This document shows positions 1-9,047 of a DNA stretch of 64,000 nucleotides, piece after piece. The stretch comes from Acidobacteriota bacterium (GTDB taxonomy: Bacteria; Acidobacteriota; Vicinamibacteria; Vicinamibacterales; CAVVIG01): the NCBI GenBank assembly GCA_003222535.1, contig QHWJ01000224.1, forward strand, positions 5,902 through 69,901, in the 5' to 3' direction. A program made the position numbers and the translations under genes. Under the pieces are notes generated by a model. It did no database searches. It saw only the letters and a list, made by a program, of their open reading frames with translations, and was not told the origin of the DNA. Within the stretch, counting starts at the first letter, position 1, and the number at the start of each line of letters is the position of its first letter.

Positions 1-554
1 ATCACGTTGAACAGACGGTCGACCTCGTCGTCCATCAACGACGAGGTCGGCTCGTCCATGATGACGATCTTCGCGGCGGCGCCGACCGTTTTGGCGATCT
101 CGACCATCTGCTGCTCAGGCATGCTGAGCGTGCTGGCGAGCCGCTCCGGGCCGATCGCGGCGCCAGCCTCCTCGAGGAGCGCAAGCGCCCGGTTCCGTCG
201 TGCGGTCCAGTGCACGCGGCGCCAGACGGTTCCCGTCTCGAGCGCCAGGGCAAGGTTTTCGGCGACCGTGAGGTGCGGAAACAACGACGGCTGCTGGTAG
301 ATGGCGGCGATCCCCAGCGAGCGCGCGAGGGCCGGCGTCATGTGCGGAACATCTCGTCCGGCCACGGTGAGCGTGCCGGCGTCGGGCTGTTCGGCCCCGG
401 TCATGATCTTGATCAGCGTCGATTTTCCAGCGCCGTTCTCTCCGACGAGCGCATGCACCTCCCCCGCCTTCAGGTCGAACGACACGCCGCGGAGCGCGCA
501 GACCCCTTCGAACGATTTGGAGACGGAGGACGTGGAGAGAAGAGTGTGTGACAA
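1..554 (-). CDS. Sugar-type ABC transporter ATP-binding protein, N-terminal part. The gene runs off the left edge of the window.
   Basis: This minus-strand frame is absent from the ORF track because it has no stop in the window. My translation reads LSTSSVSKSFEGVCALRGVSFDLKAGEVHALVGENGAGKSTLIKIM (Walker A), LSMPEQQMVEIAK (ABC signature, ribose/galactoside-importer style) and IVIMDEPTSSL (Walker B). The probable start is a TTG near 554. Confidence 0.85.
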   Translation of the reverse strand, partial: MSHTLLSTSSVSKSFEGVCALRGVSFDLKAGEVHALVGENGAGKSTLIKIMTGAEQPDAGTLTVAGRDVPHMTPALARSLGIAAIYQQPSLFPHLTVAENLALALETGTVWRRVHWTARRNRALALLEEAGAAIGPERLASTLSMPEQQMVEIAKTVGAAAKIVIMDEPTSSLMDDEVDRLFNV

Positions 555-645
555 AACCGGCCGGATGATAGCGGAATTCGCCGTCGAACGATGACATGCA
601 GGCCGTGGCAAAAGCCCCTGCGGCCTGCGAGGCACCAAGTGATTG

Positions 646-780
646 GCCACGGAGACACAGAGACACGGAGGTTTGGAACGCAGAGCCCGCAAAGCCCGCA
701 GAGACTGAGGCGCCTGGAACGGTTCGACGGGCCCGTCGAACCGGCGGGGGCGCCCTCTGTGTCTCCGTGTCTTCTGTGGC
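646..780. repeat. Composite hairpin-forming intergenic element with arms built of CACGGAGA/CACAGAGA units and a perfect 24-nt palindrome in the core
   Basis: The left arm is gccacggagacacagagacacggagg (646-671). The right arm is ccctctgtgtctccgtgtcttctgtggc (753-780), its approximate reverse complement. The core holds cgcagagcccgcaaagcccgcagag (680-704) and the perfect palindrome cggttcgacgggcccgtcgaaccg (720-743). The modules are homologous to 4207-4267. The core is also the reverse complement of 4445-4469 with one mismatch. Confidence 0.8.
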
Positions 781-840
781 TGACGTCCTCCATGCGCTCG
801 CAGCCCGAAGGCTCTCACCACGGGCTGGATGCGCGCGCCT

Positions 841-3800
841 TTACCACGCGAATCGCAATCCGAACTGCGTCGCACGGCCGTCGTCCGCGAGGGTGATGAC
901 GCCCGCGGTCGCATTTGAAATGTTGGCGTCCGGGTTCGCGAAATTGTTGTGATTCAGAACGTTGAAGACCTCGACCCTGAATTCGACGCGGGCGCGGCTG
1001 ATGGGAAACCGCTTGCTCAGCGACAAGTTGATCTGCTGTGTGCCGGGTCCACGCACCGTGTTGCGGCCACCGGTGCCCTGGGTTCCAAGAGCCGGCACGG
1101 CGTAGGCCTTCGGATCGAACCACCGGTCGGGCGTCGGATCGTCGAGCTGTCCGAAGTTTCCCGGCGTCACCACGTTCACACGCTGGGGAATAAACGATCC
1201 GCACTGGCAGACGTTCGTCGAGGACACGCTGAACGGAAATCCTGTCGCCAGCCTCATGATGCCCTGCACCTGCCAGCCGCCGAGCACGTACGCCGTAACG
1301 CCGCCGTTCGAGAGCAACTTCTTGCCTGGCCCGAACGGCAATTCGTAGCCGAAGCTCGCCTCGGCCCGGTGACGCTGATCGTACCGTGCATACGCCGTGT
1401 CTGCGTTGAGATCCCACGCGTAAGCCGTGTCGTTCGCTTCGATTTCGCCGGATCCGTTGTCCCTGCTCTTCGACAGCTGGTAGCTGCCGAGGAAGAAGAG
1501 CCCGTCCGAGTATCGCTTGTCGACGCGGACGGTCAGCCCGTGAAACGCGGCCCATCCACCGTCGGACGAGTACAGAATTGCCGACTGGAAGGCCGGGTAC
1601 GGGACGCGGGTCACGATCGGCGTGGTTCCCGGCTGCGCCTGGTTGATGTTGTAGCGCTTGTGCTCGTTGTAGCTGTGGCTGCCGGTGTACGCCACCTCGA
1701 GCAGGTAATTGTTGGAGAAGGTGTGCTGCACGTTGCCGTTCCACTGCACCGTATAGGCCGTGCGGTTGTCGGGGCTCATGGAGAAGGGTGCAGGGAATTC
1801 CGGAATGTTGTTCAGGTCCGGAAACAGCGTGTCGGCGTTGAAGCGGAGATCCGTCCGCGTGGGCTGCAGCGAGTACTGTCCATAAAACGGAGGGACGAGC
1901 CGGGAGAACTGCAGTTCGTTCAAGTTGAGATTGTCGTAATAGACGCCGAAGCCACTCCGCAGCACCGTCTTGTCATTGGCGCTGAAGACGAGTCCGACAC
2001 GCGGCCCGAAGTTGTTGAGATCCTTTTTCAGGATCCCCTCGGGAAAAAAATTGTCCTGGTTGACGATCAGCGGAACCAGCTTCGCCGGCAGATTGGCCGG
2101 TACCACGTGGTACGCGATCTTGCCGCTCGTCGCATCGAACGAGCCTTCCTGGTTGTTCTTCTCGTGCCACGGTCCAAGGTACTCCCACCGCAACCCGACT
2201 TGCAGCGTGAGGATCGACGAAATCTGCCAGTTGTCGTCGATGAACGGTGCGAAGGTCGGCGACGTGTAATTCGAGCGTGAGCTGCCGAAGGCGCCGGTGC
2301 AGGTCGAGCAGTATCCCAGGAGGAAGTCGGCGACCGGACTACCGGTGAACTGTCCGTTGAAGGTAAAGCCGCCGCGAGGCGGCACCTCGGTCAGCTGATC
2401 GTACTTGCGGAACTGCGCCTGAATCCCGAAGCGGACATTGTGACGGCCCTTCACCCAGCTGGTGGCGTTGGAAATGCTGAAGAGGTTCTCCGTCGCCCCC
2501 TGCGTGATGCCGCCTTCGCCGTTCCCCGAGAAGCCGGCCATCGTGAAACCGGGACGCCCGTAGTCGATCGGATCGGTGCCGCCCGCGAGATTCCGCAGAC
2601 CGATGTCGCCGACCCAGTTGCGGCCATCGAGGCTGATGGGCGCGTTCAAGTGGTACGCATAGTTGTAGCCGAATCTGATTTCGTTGACGACGCCCGGTGT
2701 GAGGACCCATGTGTCGCCGGCGGCCAGATTCCGTCCCGTCTGCGGCAGGTTCGTGTAGCTGAACACACTTGGGTTCAGCTGCGAGCCCTTGTAATACATG
2801 AACCGCTGAAAGAGATTGTGGCCGGGCAGGACCTGATCGCTCCGCACGGTGGCCGTGTCCGCGTCGTCGGTGAAATCGCGGATCGTCTTGTAGTTGTTCG
2901 CGGCGGCATTGTTCGCCGCGGGGACAGTCGGCGACAGGGCCCTGGCAAAGTTCGAGAAGCGACCTGCAGGAATCACGTTTCCAGGAAACGGCAGCCCGTT
3001 GAGCGGATCGACGATCGGCGTCGCGATCCCGGAGAAATTGCCGGCAAGCTCGGTCGCGCTGGGAACGATCGCAAAGAGCGTCTTCCCGGCCGTCGCTCTC
3101 AGCCCCTCATAGCCTCCGAACGCGAAGACCCGGTTTCTGACGACCGGACCGCCGGCCGTGAAGCCGGCCTGGGTGCGATCGCCCGGCTTCTGCCCGAAGT
3201 AGTTTGCTGATTCAAAGCGCTCGTTGCGGACGTAATCGTACCCGGAGCCGGTGGGCTGGTTCGAACCGGATTTCGTCACGATCGAGACGACGGCTTGACC
3301 CTGGCCGTACTCGGTGGTGAATGAGTTCCGGAGAACGTTCACTTCCTGCACCGCGTCGAGCGGTGGATTCAGCGACAGGTTGTTGAATCGCAGCGAGCGC
3401 ACGTACACGCCGTCGATGGCGTAATTCGTGGAGCTGTCGCGACCGCCCTCGACGGTCACGTATTGACTGCGGCTGCTGCCCGCCGCGCCGAACTGCGTGC
3501 CTCGATTGAAGGCCTGCGGCGTCACCCCTGCGGCAAGCGAGGCGAACGACAACAGGCTTCTTCCGGCGACCGGCAAATCTTCGATCTGCTTCTGGGTGAT
3601 GGTCTGGGTCACCGACGCGTTGGTCGTCTGGAGCAACGGGGACATGCCGACCACCGTCACGTTTTCGGAGACGTTGGCCAGACCCATGGTAATGGTCGGC
3701 CGGCTGACCTCGCCGTTCCGCAGCGTCAGTCCCTTGAGCTCCATCGTCTGGAAGCCTGAGAGCTCCACCCGGACCGTGTAGGTCGCCGGCGACAAGTTGG

Positions 3801-4011
3801 GGACCGAAAAACGGCCTTCGCCATCGGTGTTCACCACCCGCTGCGCGTTGGTTCCGGTGTTGATGACGGTCACGGTCGCACCGGGCATCGCACCCTTGGT
3901 CGCGTCGATGACCTGACCGACGATTCCCGAGGAGGCGGACTCCTGCGCCCGGATTACCGCCGACAGGAACAACAGGGCGATGAGAGTCATGCTTCCCAGC
4001 CTGCGCGTCAT
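841..4011 (-). CDS. TonB-dependent receptor with an N-terminal carboxypeptidase-regulatory-like domain
   Basis: The ORF track gives 841..4146. I prefer the ATG at 4011, which has GGAGG a few nt upstream and yields the signal peptide MTRRLGSMTLIALLFLSAVIRAQE. The N-terminal module GIVGQVIDATKGAMPGATVTVINTGTNAQRVVNTDGEGRFSVPNLSPATYTVRVELSGF is CarboxypepD_reg-like. It is followed by a plug and a very long barrel, and the C terminus is ...ATQFGLRFAW (aromatic terminal residue). Confidence 0.9.
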   Translation of the reverse strand: MTRRLGSMTLIALLFLSAVIRAQESASSGIVGQVIDATKGAMPGATVTVINTGTNAQRVVNTDGEGRFSVPNLSPATYTVRVELSGFQTMELKGLTLRNGEVSRPTITMGLANVSENVTVVGMSPLLQTTNASVTQTITQKQIEDLPVAGRSLLSFASLAAGVTPQAFNRGTQFGAAGSSRSQYVTVEGGRDSSTNYAIDGVYVRSLRFNNLSLNPPLDAVQEVNVLRNSFTTEYGQGQAVVSIVTKSGSNQPTGSGYDYVRNERFESANYFGQKPGDRTQAGFTAGGPVVRNRVFAFGGYEGLRATAGKTLFAIVPSATELAGNFSGIATPIVDPLNGLPFPGNVIPAGRFSNFARALSPTVPAANNAAANNYKTIRDFTDDADTATVRSDQVLPGHNLFQRFMYYKGSQLNPSVFSYTNLPQTGRNLAAGDTWVLTPGVVNEIRFGYNYAYHLNAPISLDGRNWVGDIGLRNLAGGTDPIDYGRPGFTMAGFSGNGEGGITQGATENLFSISNATSWVKGRHNVRFGIQAQFRKYDQLTEVPPRGGFTFNGQFTGSPVADFLLGYCSTCTGAFGSSRSNYTSPTFAPFIDDNWQISSILTLQVGLRWEYLGPWHEKNNQEGSFDATSGKIAYHVVPANLPAKLVPLIVNQDNFFPEGILKKDLNNFGPRVGLVFSANDKTVLRSGFGVYYDNLNLNELQFSRLVPPFYGQYSLQPTRTDLRFNADTLFPDLNNIPEFPAPFSMSPDNRTAYTVQWNGNVQHTFSNNYLLEVAYTGSHSYNEHKRYNINQAQPGTTPIVTRVPYPAFQSAILYSSDGGWAAFHGLTVRVDKRYSDGLFFLGSYQLSKSRDNGSGEIEANDTAYAWDLNADTAYARYDQRHRAEASFGYELPFGPGKKLLSNGGVTAYVLGGWQVQGIMRLATGFPFSVSSTNVCQCGSFIPQRVNVVTPGNFGQLDDPTPDRWFDPKAYAVPALGTQGTGGRNTVRGPGTQQINLSLSKRFPISRARVEFRVEVFNVLNHNNFANPDANISNATAGVITLADDGRATQFGLRFAW

Positions 4012-4206
4012 AGTGCCTCCTGTCAGAAACGTTTGAACGCACTTGTATGCTTCGGCCAAATCGCCGTCAAAACATTTTCGCGGGAGGCCGCATGTTTGAC
4101 GGTGCGAAACGGCTTCAGCTCCCAAAAATCGCGAAATGCGGGACAATTCTTTTCAAAATTACACATCCAACCAGTTGGACGGATACGGCGGTCCGTGCCG
4201 CGTTGC

Positions 4207-4525
4207 GAGACACAGAACACGAAAAGGAGGTTGGACCACAGAGAACGCAAAGAGCGCAGAGCAAAGCAAAAGGCAACCACGAAAGACACGAAAAACACGA
4301 AAAAGACCGAGCGACCGCCGGCCGGCGTCGCCGGCCGCTCGCGACAGGAAACGGGCGCCGCAATCACAAACGAGTCAGGTTCGCGGTTTGTGTTGCGACG
4401 CCGTTTTCGTGTCGCCGCCCGCGAAGCGGGCCGGTCGGCTGCAGCTCTGCGAGCTTTGCGGGCTCTGCGTTCAAACGTCGTCGTCTTCGTGATCTTCGTG
4501 ATCTTCGTGTGTGATCGTGATCTTC
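4207..4525. repeat. Large composite intergenic element of the CACGAAA/TTCGTG and GCAGAGC/GCAAAGC unit family
   Basis: Left cluster: gagacacagaacacgaaaaggagg, cgcaaagagcgcagagcaaagc and ccacgaaagacacgaaaaacacgaaaaag (4207-4306). Right cluster: gctctgcgagctttgcgggctctgcg (4444-4469) and tcttcgtgatcttcgtgatcttcgtgtg (4484-4512). The module order is A B ... A' B', not a simple nested hairpin. There is an inner inverted repeat cacaaac...gtttgtg (about 4364-4392). Confidence 0.8.
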
Positions 4526-4564
4526 TATGTTCCGGGACAAGCGGCGGGAATGAGCTACCGATGT

Positions 4565-6214
4565 CTATTGGCTGCGCTGCGCGTCGTCGAGACCGAAGCA
4601 GTACAGCGTGCCGTCGTAGGTCCCGATGTACACGCGCCCGTTCGCCACCGTGAGTCCGGAGAAGTGATTGAATGACGTGATCTGTTCGCCGCTCGAGTAC
4701 AACTCGTCTCCGGTCTGGCCATCGAGCACGTACAGCGTGGCGTGGGTCGACTTCGCCGCCCGGATGGACGAATCGAAATTCAGCCCGATATCGGGCCACG
4801 ACTGTTTCGTTTCCTCTCCACTGCCGTAGCCGAATACCATGCCGTTGGCGATCACGACGGGTTCGCCCCGTTTCATGTCGGCGGACACCCAGACCGGCGT
4901 CAAATCCAGTTTCCCGCTGCGATCGCGGAGCCTGAAGCCGCCGACGCCGCCGGCACTCACGGGTCCGTGCGTCACTTCGAACTTGAACTTCGAGTGGACA
5001 GGGCCCCAGAACGGCGCCAGGATCCATCGGTTGCCGACCGAATCCTCCCACGTCGACAACGCGCCCCAACTGCCGGCGTCCTGGAAATCGACCTCTTCGT
5101 TGCAGAAGAGCTCGCTCTTGTAAAGCGGCGTCTGGTTGTCCGGCCCGCCGGCCGACTGAGGATCCAGCAGGTAAACGCGGCATTCTTTTCCTGATGCCGC
5201 GATCAGTTCCCGCCCCTTGTAGGTAAACACCGTCGGAGTGTTGTTCGGATCGAGATCACGCTTGCGCAGCCATTCCCAGTTTCTCGGCGTGTAGTAACTC
5301 TTCAGCTTCAGCTCGTCGCCGACGATATGCACTCCGACGATGCTGTTGCCATACCGAGGCGGATCGGACGTCAGATCGTAAATGCCGTCGCCCGTCGTCG
5401 ACCATGCGGTCCCGGTCGAATCGATGGCCGCACCACGCCGGCCCCACGCGCCGCCGCTTCCCGCGTTGAACGTCATCACCTTGTGGCGCGAATCGTCCAC
5501 CCTGACGGCGGCGATCGTGATCCCGGCATACGTGTTCGCCATCCAGAGCACATTGCCGACGAGGTTGAGTGACCATCCCTTTCCTGTGTGGAACATATAG
5601 GGAGGCTCGAGATCCGCGCCGTCCGCCGCGTTGAGGGTGTGCAGGATCCCGTCGCCGGTGACGAAGTACACCGCTCTGCGGCCCTGGGCGTCCGGCGGAC
5701 CGATGACGGGCGTATCACTGCTGCCGCCGGGCCGGAGAAAGCCGAGATGGGCCGGATCGGCATTCGCGCTCGCGGGCGGTCCGCCGCCGGCCGCCGGCTG
5801 TGTGTAGGTCCAGTGCTTCTGCCACAGGATGGTGCCGGACTCGACGTCGAACGCGTAGAGATTGTCGGAGATGCCGTTGACGATCCCGACCTCGCGTGGA
5901 CCGTTCGACGTGCTCAGGCGTCCGATGATCAGCACGGGCATCAGGGAATGCAGCGCTCTGACCTGGTTCCCCGTCTGAATCTTCCAGAGGATCTTCAGGT
6001 TCTTGACGTTCCTTTTCGTGAGGATCGTCTCGTTTCGCTGCCAGCCGGTGCGCTGATTGTCGCCGCCGTCGGTCAACCAGTCCGCGACCGCTGCCCGGCC
6101 CGTTTGCGCGCTGACACGTGCTGCTCCGAAGCTCGAGACGCCCGGCAACGCGCTCGAGCTCCAGACGGCGCCACAGCACAAGGTCACCGACGTGAGGTAG
6201 ACGATTGGTTTCAT
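4565..6214 (-). CDS. Secreted PQQ-like (BamB/YncE-type) beta-propeller repeat protein
   Basis: The ORF track gives 4565..6232. The ATG at 6214 gives MKPIVYLTSVTLCCGAVWSSSALPG, a signal peptide. Propeller-blade motifs recur: NLYAFDVESGTILW, GILHTLNAADG, TLYVLDGQTGDELY, GTLYCFGL. Confidence 0.85.
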   Translation of the reverse strand: MKPIVYLTSVTLCCGAVWSSSALPGVSSFGAARVSAQTGRAAVADWLTDGGDNQRTGWQRNETILTKRNVKNLKILWKIQTGNQVRALHSLMPVLIIGRLSTSNGPREVGIVNGISDNLYAFDVESGTILWQKHWTYTQPAAGGGPPASANADPAHLGFLRPGGSSDTPVIGPPDAQGRRAVYFVTGDGILHTLNAADGADLEPPYMFHTGKGWSLNLVGNVLWMANTYAGITIAAVRVDDSRHKVMTFNAGSGGAWGRRGAAIDSTGTAWSTTGDGIYDLTSDPPRYGNSIVGVHIVGDELKLKSYYTPRNWEWLRKRDLDPNNTPTVFTYKGRELIAASGKECRVYLLDPQSAGGPDNQTPLYKSELFCNEEVDFQDAGSWGALSTWEDSVGNRWILAPFWGPVHSKFKFEVTHGPVSAGGVGGFRLRDRSGKLDLTPVWVSADMKRGEPVVIANGMVFGYGSGEETKQSWPDIGLNFDSSIRAAKSTHATLYVLDGQTGDELYSSGEQITSFNHFSGLTVANGRVYIGTYDGTLYCFGLDDAQRSQ

Positions 6215-6230
6215 GTTCTGCCTCGAAATC

Positions 6231-6305
6231 AAGAATTAAGAATTTGGAATTTGGAATTTGGAATGCGTTACGAATTCCAAATTCTTCATTCTGAATTCCT
6301 CATTG
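6231..6305. repeat. AT-rich hairpin element built of GAATTTG units
   Basis: The sequence is aagaattaagaatttggaatttggaatttggaatgcgtta|cgaattccaaattcttcattctgaattcctc. A 7-nt unit is tandemly repeated three times and followed by its approximate complement. The AT-richness stands out in a GC-rich genome. The element sits between two beta-propeller genes. Confidence 0.75.
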
Positions 6306-6316
6306 TGAAGTTCGCT

Positions 6317-7864
6317 CTAATGCTCGATCGGGATGCCGAACGCGTAGATCGTGCCGTCGTAAGTGACCACGTAGACCTGTCCGTCACCCGCCGACGGCCC
6401 GACACCCCGAACGAACGACGAGATCGCTGCGCCGCTCGACCACAGCTCTTGACCCGTCGCGGCATCAAGGGCATACAGAACGGCCGGCTTGGAACGCTGG
6501 ACCCGCTGCGCCGCGGTCATTTGTCGGTCGCCGGAGCGATACTCGCCGCTCGAGATGGCGAAGACAACTCCGTTGACGATGGTCGGCGGCGCCGGCGATA
6601 TCATGTCGCGCGATACCCAGACAGGCTGCAAGGTCGGCGTCCCGTTCTGATCGGCGATTCTGTACGCGACGACGGCCCCGTTCGTCACGGCGCCGTTCGT
6701 CATTCCAAATGTCGTCTCCGCGTGCAGCGGTCCTCCGGCGGCCGCAAATACCCAGCGCGAGCCGTCTGCGTGCTCCGCGGTCGCCAGCGCGCCCGGCGTG
6801 AAATCGCCGGTCGCAATCGAGTACGGCGCCGTTTTCGAGGCTGGCGTTCGATGATCCGGACCGCCGAGCGACGCGGCATCGAGGACGTACAGCCGGCCGT
6901 CGGCGTTCGCCGCCACAATGAGGTGCCTGCCTTTGTAGTAGAAGGCGGACGGCGAGGCGGTGAACGCACTCTTGCCCGGTGAGAACCAGTCCTTCGGTCC
7001 GAGCGTCTGCCGATCGAGTCCCACGACGGCACTCCCGTCGGTCGAACTGGACGGCGCTCCTCCGTCGGTCGCCACATAGATGTTGCCGTCGGTGCCGAAC
7101 GTCGGGCCGGCGGTTCCGGCGACGTTTCCGCCTTTTGACTCCCACTCGGTCACGGCCTTCACGTCACTGGCGATGTCGATTGCGAAGACGCCGTTCGCAG
7201 CCGAGCCGCAGCCGTCCCGCGTCGCGACATACAGGATGGTGTCGATCAGAATGGACCCGACGGCCTTCGCGTTCGGTGGCAGAAACTTGACCGGCGGCGT
7301 GAGATCGTCTCCGGTTTGGGGATTCAGCGTGTGCAGCAGACCGCCGCTCGACACGGCATAGACGTTGCTGTTTTGTCCGCGGCCGCCGCCACCCGCTGGC
7401 GGCGCAGGCGCGGCCTGGCCGAGCGGTGTCGCGCGGGTAATGGTGGTCATCGCGCCCGGACACGCGATCGTGCCCCCTGCGGGCGGTAATGCGTTCAGGT
7501 GCCGTTTCCAGAAGATCTTGTTGAGGTCGTAGTCGATCGAGTAGACGTTATCCGAGCTGCCTCCTATGAAGGCCAGCGCCTTGAATCCCTTGTAGGAAAT
7601 GATGTTCGACAGCAGAATCGGCTGCGTCAACGATTCCAGTTGCCTCGGTTGATTCTCGAGCTTCGTTTTCCAGAGCAGCTGAAAGCCCGGCTTCTGCAGG
7701 CTCTCTCTGGAGATCCTCGGGTCGGTCTTGACCCATGAGGTACGCTGCGCGTCGCTGCTGGTCGTCGTCCAATTGGGACCGCCCCGTCCCTGCGCGTGCG
7801 CGGCGCGATCGGCCGCAACGGCGAGGACGATAGACAGGGCGATCGGACGACCGAGTCTTCTCAT
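6317..7864 (-). CDS. Secreted PQQ-like beta-propeller repeat protein (paralog of 4565-6214)
   Basis: The ORF track gives 6317..7972. The ATG at 7864 is preceded by AAGGAG and gives MRRLGRPIALSIVLAVAADRAAHAQ. Blade motifs are NVYSIDYDLNKIFW, GLLHTLNPQTGDD, RLYVLDAASLG, VLYALDAATGQELW and GTIYAFGI. Confidence 0.85.
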   Translation of the reverse strand: MRRLGRPIALSIVLAVAADRAAHAQGRGGPNWTTTSSDAQRTSWVKTDPRISRESLQKPGFQLLWKTKLENQPRQLESLTQPILLSNIISYKGFKALAFIGGSSDNVYSIDYDLNKIFWKRHLNALPPAGGTIACPGAMTTITRATPLGQAAPAPPAGGGGRGQNSNVYAVSSGGLLHTLNPQTGDDLTPPVKFLPPNAKAVGSILIDTILYVATRDGCGSAANGVFAIDIASDVKAVTEWESKGGNVAGTAGPTFGTDGNIYVATDGGAPSSSTDGSAVVGLDRQTLGPKDWFSPGKSAFTASPSAFYYKGRHLIVAANADGRLYVLDAASLGGPDHRTPASKTAPYSIATGDFTPGALATAEHADGSRWVFAAAGGPLHAETTFGMTNGAVTNGAVVAYRIADQNGTPTLQPVWVSRDMISPAPPTIVNGVVFAISSGEYRSGDRQMTAAQRVQRSKPAVLYALDAATGQELWSSGAAISSFVRGVGPSAGDGQVYVVTYDGTIYAFGIPIEH

Positions 7865-7883
7865 CACGGGAGCTCCTTTGTGT

Positions 7884-8639
7884 TCACTTCTCCGCGAGCG
7901 CGTGGGCGATCGCCTGCTCCGCGAGCGGCGCCATGACGTCGTAGCCGGCATCGTTCGGCAGCAGGCCGTCACGCGTCAGCGGCATGCGGAAGTTCCGGCC
8001 CTCGACAAGCGCGGCGTAATAATTCAGGTACACCGCTCCGCTGCGCGCCGCATAATCCCTGATCCACCCGTTCAACCCGATGATCTTTCCCTGAGGCCGG
8101 ACGCTGGTCTGGTCTTTGAAGCAGTCACAGACGGGCGTCACCGAAGCGAGGACGACTCGAATTCCGTTCGCCTTCGCCAGTTCGGTCATCGACGAGATGT
8201 TGTCGCCGACGGTGCCCTCGGTACCCGGGCCGAGCACGCCCGTCAGATCGTTCGTGCCGCCGAGGATGACGACCACCCGCGGTTTCAACGCGATGACATC
8301 CTGCCGAAACCGGACCAGCATCTGGGGCGTCGTCTGTCCGCTAATGCCGCGATTCAGGTACCTCTTGCCGGGGAAAAACTTCGCGCGGCCCTGGCCCCAG
8401 AGCTCGGTGATCTGGTCGCCGAGAAAGACGACGCGCCGTTCGGCGGGAGCGGGAGGAGGAAGCTCGCTGTTTTCACTTCCGTATCGAGTCAGCCCGGCCC
8501 AGTCGCTCACGATGTGCCGGTACCTGGCCAGTTCCTCTTCCAGCGTGGCGATCGACGTCGGACCAGCCGGCGGCTGGATCGCGCCGGAAGCCGCTCGCAA
8601 AACGAGGCCGAGGAGCACGATCGCGCTGATTCTTCTCAT
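7884..8639 (-). CDS. SGNH/GDSL-fold protein with the catalytic Ser and His replaced (probable pseudo-enzyme)
   Basis: The ATG at 8639 gives the signal peptide MRRISAIVLLGLVLRAASG. Block I reads FLGDQIT (gac cag atc acc) instead of GDS. Block II (NRGISGQTT) and block III (GGTNDL) are retained. Block V reads DGLLPNDAGY (ctg ctg ccg) instead of DGLHPN. Confidence 0.8.
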   Translation of the reverse strand: MRRISAIVLLGLVLRAASGAIQPPAGPTSIATLEEELARYRHIVSDWAGLTRYGSENSELPPPAPAERRVVFLGDQITELWGQGRAKFFPGKRYLNRGISGQTTPQMLVRFRQDVIALKPRVVVILGGTNDLTGVLGPGTEGTVGDNISSMTELAKANGIRVVLASVTPVCDCFKDQTSVRPQGKIIGLNGWIRDYAARSGAVYLNYYAALVEGRNFRMPLTRDGLLPNDAGYDVMAPLAEQAIAHALAEK

Positions 8640-9047
8640 GAGCGAGTGTCCCTTGTAAGACCCGCAGGCGGCGGGAGTCAAACGCTTTCAGTGCCATCCC
8701 TGGCGTTTGGCACGTTGAAACAACTCGCGGACCGCCTCGTCTTCGCAAGCTGCGGAAATCGCCTGAAATAGCCTCGATACAGCCCAAGCTCTCTCACATC
8801 CGTCGCGTGCGGGCCTCGGGGGGACCGTCAAGTCGTTTTGCTCAGCGAAACAAAAAGCTGGCGCGTACGAGGGGGGCAGAGCAGAATCTGGGGCGTTGCG
8901 AGATGCGGTGCTGGCCTCTCGGGTCGGCCTGACGGCAGGCCTGAAGTGCTGTGAACGAACAAGTCTCCCGAGATTCTCACAGGCGTTGAAGGCCCGCGCA
9001 ACGTGTAGTTGGACAACGTTGGACTGCATCGCTGAGCGAGGTGCCGC

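Noticed and set aside
949-2280. 443-aa plus-strand ORF antisense to the TonB-dependent receptor. Similar long shadow ORFs lie at 2440-3210, 3212-4042 and 4023-5183.
   Set aside because: The composition is Arg/Ala/Gly/Pro-rich, as is typical of off-frame or antisense reading of GC-rich coding DNA. I see no recognisable motifs. The opposite-strand ORF has clear receptor domains.
8690-8725. TGGCAC motif (ctggcgtttggcacgttgaaac) suggestive of a sigma-54 -24 element.
   Set aside because: No TTGC -12 element lies at the required spacing, and no downstream gene lies within a sensible distance.
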